A DNA stretch of 64,000 bases from Coniocarpon cinnabarinum (taxonomy: Eukaryota), in the NCBI GenBank assembly GCA_051942205.1, contig JAVECO010000113.1, positions 1 through 64,000 of the forward strand, in the 5' to 3' direction. Of the stretch, positions 59,298 to 64,000 are shown one piece after another. The number at the start of each line of letters is the position of its first letter. Positions within the stretch are counted from its first letter, which is position 1. Position numbers and translations under genes: made by a program. The notes below the pieces were generated by a model that saw nothing but the letters and a program-made list of their open reading frames with translations, had not been told where the DNA came from and made no database searches.

Positions 59298-59932
59298 GCC
59301 CCTTGCCTCAAGAATAAGCCCCGTCGAGTAATCTGAGCAATCCCTCAGTAAGAGACACATCAGACAATCGCATAACTATCAACTTCGACGAAATGAGATG
59401 GACCAGTCGGTCGGAAACCAACTGCTCACACCGCATCTAGCACATTCACAGAGAGCATACCTCTCTCCCTCATCCGAACGTAAACCTCGTAAGGCGACGC
59501 TCAGCTCCTGACTGCGTCTCCTCACCATTTGATGAATGCAGACTCACTGACGTCTTCACAAGAGCGTGAGACCCAACCCGAAGGCCGGGCGAAGAAGACT
59601 CATATCATCATCTTCCTCGGGGGTCGTGATCAGACTTCAGATTGCCGCAGACCTCTCCTGATGAGTGCAGGCGAACACAGTGCAGGCGGATGCTAAGTGA
59701 AGGGTGTGGTGAATGCGCACAGCGGTGCGTGTGGAGCCGCTATGCCGTGAGGCTGCTTCTATGGCGACGTGTTTCCACATTCCGATGGAGCAGCGGGCGG
59801 TCATCGCAAGACGGTGCGTGCGCTGCCATCGGGTGTCCGGGGACTTTCTCCCAAAGCCTATGTGATTTGAAAGACATCCGAAGACGACCTTTCTGTTTGT
59901 AAGCTTTGAATGCGATCTGTTGAGCAAGGGGT
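59298..59932 (-). ncRNA. NME1: RNase MRP RNA
   Basis: P1 CCCCUUGCUCAA/UUGAGGCAAGGGG, P2 GAUCGCA/UGCGAUU and P3 CAAAGCUUA/UAGGCUUUG. CR-I/P4 GAAAGUCCCC (59848-59839) pairs with CR-V ACGGGGCUUA (59324-59315). Also present: a P8-like AUGUG-GAAA-CACGU hairpin, CR-IV UAGUUA (59378-59373) and P19 UCUGA/UCAGA. Confidence 0.9.
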
Positions 59933-60350
59933 GTGGAGAGAAAAGAAAGTCGTTGCTCGTCGTAAAACAAATTCTTTTCATTTGATCCAAGACCGGGACG
60001 CTGGCTCGACTAATCGTGGCACCTCTTAGCTGCTACGTTGTGCGCTCTATTCACTTCAAAGTCAATGCGTCCTCTCTTCGACGCGTTTGTTTGCAACGAT
60101 CTTTCCGCAATATTGCCCCCTCTTACCTACTCACGTTGAAACAATCCGCCGAAGTATCTTCTCTTGCCAATAAGCGTGTCGAAAAAGGGATCCCACACCC
60201 ATAGACTTTGATCAAACAATCAACTGAAGCATCGTCGTCTTGACAGCCACCGCCATCACGTCTTGGTTTGGCAACAACACACAACCCTTCGGTCAAACCG
60301 ATCCTTCTCCCCCCTCTGACCTTCCCAGTCCTCTTCGTCGTCGGAACGCC

Positions 60351-61424
60351 ATGTCCTTATTCAGCGGCGGGCCCGCAGCTTCCAGCGCCAGCTCTGCTGT
60401 GGGCGATCTTTCTAAGGATGTTGAAATCAAGGACGTGCCTGACGACAGCATCAGCTCTATCCGTTTCTCACCAACCGCCGAGCTCCTAGCTGCGTCATCA
60501 TGGAACAAACAGGTGCGAATATGGGAGATCAGCAACGACGGTCAAAGCAATCCCAGGACTCTATTGTCACACGAGGGCCCAGTATTGGACTGCGCTTGGA
60601 GTAAGGACGGCACCAAGGTCTTTGGAGCAGGCACAGACAAGGCAGTACGAATGCTAGACCTGGGTGGGGGAGGCCAAGCACAGCAGGTAGCCGCACACGA
60701 TGCACCAATCAAGTGCATTCAATTCGTGGACGTTAACGGCCAGGGCGTGCTAGTAAGTGGAGGCTGGGACAAGAAGATCAAGTACTGGGATCTGAGAAGC
60801 TCGAGCCCGATTGCGACACTCGACACACAAGACAGAATTTACACTATGGACAGTAAGGACAAACTTCTGGTAGTGGGAACCGCTGAGCGGTGGATCAACG
60901 TCGTGAATCTCAATGAACCGCAGAAGTGGTACAAGAATATGCAATCTCCTCTGAAGTGGCAGACACGAGTGGTTAGCTGCTTTGCGGACGCCACCGGATT
61001 CGCTGTTGGCAGTATCGAAGGTCGCTGCGCAATTCAATACGTGGAAGACAAGGACAGCGCTTCCAATTTCAGCTTCAAATGCCATCGAATAACGCCTCCG
61101 AATCAATCAAACATCGCCAACGTGTACGCAGTCAATTCCATCAGGTTTCATCCTGTGCTGGGCACATTCAGCACAGCAGGCAGCGATGGCACGTTTCACT
61201 TCTGGGATAAGGACGCCAAGCACCGACTCAAAGGTTATCCTGAAGTCGGCCAGACGATTACAAGCACTGACTTCAATCGCAATGGTATGGTATTTGCTTA
61301 TGCTGCTAGCTACGACTGGAGTCGTGGTTTCACAGGGCATCAGCCGAACGCGACGAACAAAATTATGTTGCATCCTATCACAGGTGAGGAATGCAAGCCC
61401 AGGAGGAACCCAGGCAAGAAGTAA
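60351..61424 (+). CDS. GLE2: WD40 mRNA export factor Rae1/Gle2, intronless
   Basis: PDDSISSIRFSP, SPLKWQTR, GSIEGRCAIQY, FSFKCHR, GSDGTFHFWDKDAKHRLK and SYDWSRG. Confidence 0.96.
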   Translation: MSLFSGGPAASSASSAVGDLSKDVEIKDVPDDSISSIRFSPTAELLAASSWNKQVRIWEISNDGQSNPRTLLSHEGPVLDCAWSKDGTKVFGAGTDKAVRMLDLGGGGQAQQVAAHDAPIKCIQFVDVNGQGVLVSGGWDKKIKYWDLRSSSPIATLDTQDRIYTMDSKDKLLVVGTAERWINVVNLNEPQKWYKNMQSPLKWQTRVVSCFADATGFAVGSIEGRCAIQYVEDKDSASNFSFKCHRITPPNQSNIANVYAVNSIRFHPVLGTFSTAGSDGTFHFWDKDAKHRLKGYPEVGQTITSTDFNRNGMVFAYAASYDWSRGFTGHQPNATNKIMLHPITGEECKPRRNPGKK

Positions 61425-62031
61425 GCCCTGGATGATCGGAATTGTTCCAAAAGTCTCAAACGACTTCCTTGAGAGCCAATTAAGGTCACACTTGGCTTTT
61501 CAAATGTTGACCCCGCTCTTACCATGATACCAATGATAAATCTTTAGCCGGGATTGACGGACGCGCACGGTCGCATGCATGTGTGGAGGATTTAAAAGAC
61601 TTAGCAGTGTTATTGTCGTGGTAGGTAGCCTTGGAGAAGATGGCATATACCCGAGCCTGACGGGCTATTGCAAGCAGCCCTGGTAGGAGTTTAGAAGAGA
61701 CAGCTGAAAACTGCAAGCATAGCCGATGGGCGGTGACAAGTTCGGACGAAAGTGATGAAAATGAGCCTGACCGCAAGATTGAGCCGGCGCCCTGTACCAC
61801 CTCTATCTTCGGTCTGGACTTCAAAAGCAAATCTTGAAACACCTTCAACTTCCTCCCCGCACATCTTATTTGGACTTCATGCCATTGGAAATTGACCTCG
61901 TTGCCCTCAGTCTTTCACCGTCCCTGCGACCTTCGACATCTGCACCCTATTGATAGACGGTCTTTGCACAAGTCCATTCGTTACTAATGCACATTCATTG
62001 AGAGCATTCTTCAGAGACCCTTCTTTTATGA

Positions 62032-63162
62032 ATGAACAGAGTAGCAATGGCTGACGCTCACTCAATCACACTCGCTCCAAGCGACGATGTCACCAAAACT
62101 CTCCAAGTCAGCTTCCAAGAAGTTGTACCCCCAATTCCATCACGCACGGTCGAAGCCGATCACTTGTACATCATCAAATTCATCTTGAATAACGGAGAAT
62201 GTACAGCAAACGTCAACATGCAGTCGAGCATCTGCGCCCTCCTTCAAGCCACCACCTACGGCATGTGGGCCCTTTCTGGCAACCTCTTCAACCCTGATGC
62301 AAAATTCGAGAAGCTCGACCACGCACAGTCGAACATGATTAAAAGCACGAGAGCCAGCATTGAAGCAACGCTTGAAGAAATACGCTGCCCATTGATGCGT
62401 GCTCCTGCGAGTCCCATTGACTGCGATGTAATTGAAGGCCGCGCCAATGCTCATCGGCGGCTCAACAAGCTTGCAAAGGATATGAAAGCTGCCGGCGTGG
62501 AAGAGCTCGTCACCAAGCTCGAGGCAGCCCACGCCGCTCATTCCACTATCTTAGAAGAGCTGCATTCTCCAGAGTCACCAACGGCCAGACCCCAGGCCAA
62601 GCGAAGCTTCCTCAGATCCAGCATCTCCCGCCGCAGCTCCGTCTTCATGAGCGCCATCACCCGCTCCCACTTGCTCAAAACCGTGAGCGAGTCCACCACC
62701 GCACCAGAAGATGAACCACTTACTCCGCGCTCCAAACACACCCGTTCGCTCTCCTGGAAATCCGCCAAGGCCCTCATGTCCTCCGCAACAACGTCAATCT
62801 CGGAGAAAACAACAGAAATCCACATCCGCTCTTCGAGTCTCGAAAGCGCAACCGTGATCCCTCAATTCGCTGCCACCGTGTATCCCTTCACTTTCCCGCA
62901 GCAGCCGCAACGTCCGGTCTCTTTCCCTCAACAGCGCGGTAAAGAGAGTAAGTCTGCGATGCCGACGTCCGTTGAGATTGCGAAGCGTAGCATGCGTGAG
63001 CGGATCAAGAGTCGGTACGATAAGAGTGAGGTGCATTTCTCGGCCAGGGCCGCGGGGGAAATGGATTGGATTGAGCGGGTGGATCGGCTGGAGGATGCGA
63101 TTGGGTTTAAGGCCCTTCCGCCGAAACGCTCGAGGAAGCAGGGTTCGCAGGCGTCGAGGTGA
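62032..63162 (+). CDS. Hypothetical protein
   Basis: 376-aa uninterrupted ATG ORF with coding-like composition. No family recognised. Confidence 0.65.
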   Translation: MNRVAMADAHSITLAPSDDVTKTLQVSFQEVVPPIPSRTVEADHLYIIKFILNNGECTANVNMQSSICALLQATTYGMWALSGNLFNPDAKFEKLDHAQSNMIKSTRASIEATLEEIRCPLMRAPASPIDCDVIEGRANAHRRLNKLAKDMKAAGVEELVTKLEAAHAAHSTILEELHSPESPTARPQAKRSFLRSSISRRSSVFMSAITRSHLLKTVSESTTAPEDEPLTPRSKHTRSLSWKSAKALMSSATTSISEKTTEIHIRSSSLESATVIPQFAATVYPFTFPQQPQRPVSFPQQRGKESKSAMPTSVEIAKRSMRERIKSRYDKSEVHFSARAAGEMDWIERVDRLEDAIGFKALPPKRSRKQGSQASR

Positions 63163-63692
63163 TGCACTTGCTCTGCATCTTCGCTTGCAGTTCGCTTGCG
63201 TTTCAAGGGTGTGGATGATGTGTACTTCGAGTAGGGGATGGAGGTTCTCTTCTTCTAGGGCGCTGTTGCGATGACAGTCGCCATTCGTTTCTATCAACCT
63301 TTTTTAGAACGCGGAACATGGCAGTGGAAGGTCAGGGATGAATCTGTGGACTATAGTTGTCGAGCTGCGTAGTGAGAATGATTGAGGAGTTACAGTAGCT
63401 TGTTCAGTCATTGTTCACTGTCACACCACAATCGAAATACTCAAGCACGCTACAGTTGTTCAGTGAGAAGGTTTTTATCCGTCAACTTTTTTGTCTTCTC
63501 ATGTGTGATCAAGTCTATGACCAGATGATGCAAAACGAGGTCCTGCAGTCCTGCACAGGGATCTCCTCTCGAGTCCAGAAAATCGCAAGACGACACAGGC
63601 GGCAGTGAATCGACCTCTAGCAGAATCGACCTCTAGCAGTCAAGCACGGCTCTCAAGGTTCTCGGTATTCGTTTCAGAATCAAGCAGCATAC

Positions 63693-64000
63693 CTATCGAT
63701 GTCCGTTTGCCTTCGCCAAACCCCTCCCTTCATCCTCGTCATCGCTACTCTCCCCACCAATGCTATACCTCTTCTCCCCATCCCGCACATGACTCAAATC
63801 ATCCAGTTCCGCCTCATCGAAGTCCGCCGCTTCCAGGTCCCTCCTGCCCGGGGGTCCACCACCCTCATCCGGATCCACACCAACACCCACATATCCCATT
63901 CGCGCTCTCCTCCGCTGTCTCCAAATCCACCAGCCCCACACAGCGGCCGCGACCACCACAAAGAACAGCACAATCTCCCCGCTCTTCATATACGCCCGAT
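63693..64000 (-). CDS. KEX1: C-terminus of pheromone-processing carboxypeptidase Kex1 (5'-partial)
   Basis: The frame is open to the window edge: RAYMKSGEIVL, then a TM segment, WIWRQRRR and the acidic tail RDLEAADFDEAELDDL..YSIGGESSDDE, as recalled for Pezizomycotina Kex1. Confidence 0.75.
   Translation of the reverse strand, partial: RAYMKSGEIVLFFVVVAAAVWGWWIWRQRRRARMGYVGVGVDPDEGGGPPGRRDLEAADFDEAELDDLSHVRDGEKRYSIGGESSDDEDEGRGLAKANGHR

Noticed and set aside
59520..59600. U3 snoRNA-like TGATGA...AGAGCGTGAG on the plus strand
   Set aside because: No U3 box A is visible, the hairpins pair properly only on the minus strand, and the region is explained by RNase MRP RNA.
59298..59932. Nuclear RNase P RNA as an alternative identity
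   Set aside because: The P4 strands AAGUCCCC/GGGGCUUA and CR-IV UAGUUA are of the MRP type.
63607..63639. 16-bp direct duplication GAATCGACCTCTAGCA (a similar 15-bp duplication lies at about 58914-58943)
   Set aside because: Isolated slippage duplications with no element between the copies.

Overview
This is a gene-dense window from a filamentous ascomycete (Pezizomycotina; inferred from short GT-AG introns with CTRAC branch sites and from the gene set). It holds about 30 protein-coding genes. They include a secreted Ser/Pro/Ala/Thr-rich wall protein, a divergent SDR + aldo-keto reductase pair, a BTB protein, RAD52 head-to-head with a short RecQ, an MFS transporter, a Rho1-type GTPase, VDAC porin, a J-protein, RSM25, a DENN protein, a SET protein, a CUB1-like protein, RPP1, sphingolipid delta-4 desaturase, MetAP2, SepH/Cdc15 kinase, ICE2, RAE1/GLE2 and the 3' end of KEX1. 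Reading the non-coding sequence gave four main results. (1) A long (~635 nt) RNase MRP RNA gene is followed on the same strand by an snR79-type C/D snoRNA. (2) The VDAC gene has a 288-nt, stop-free, in-frame intron containing a compact structured RNA element. (3) A family of 143-bp-period repeats flanks the SDR-AKR pair in inverted orientation and also sits between the two genes. (4) A MARVEL-like gene is interrupted by one in-frame TAG in a context resembling fungal A-to-I editing sites. All exon structures and RNA folds were worked out by eye; no database search was run.
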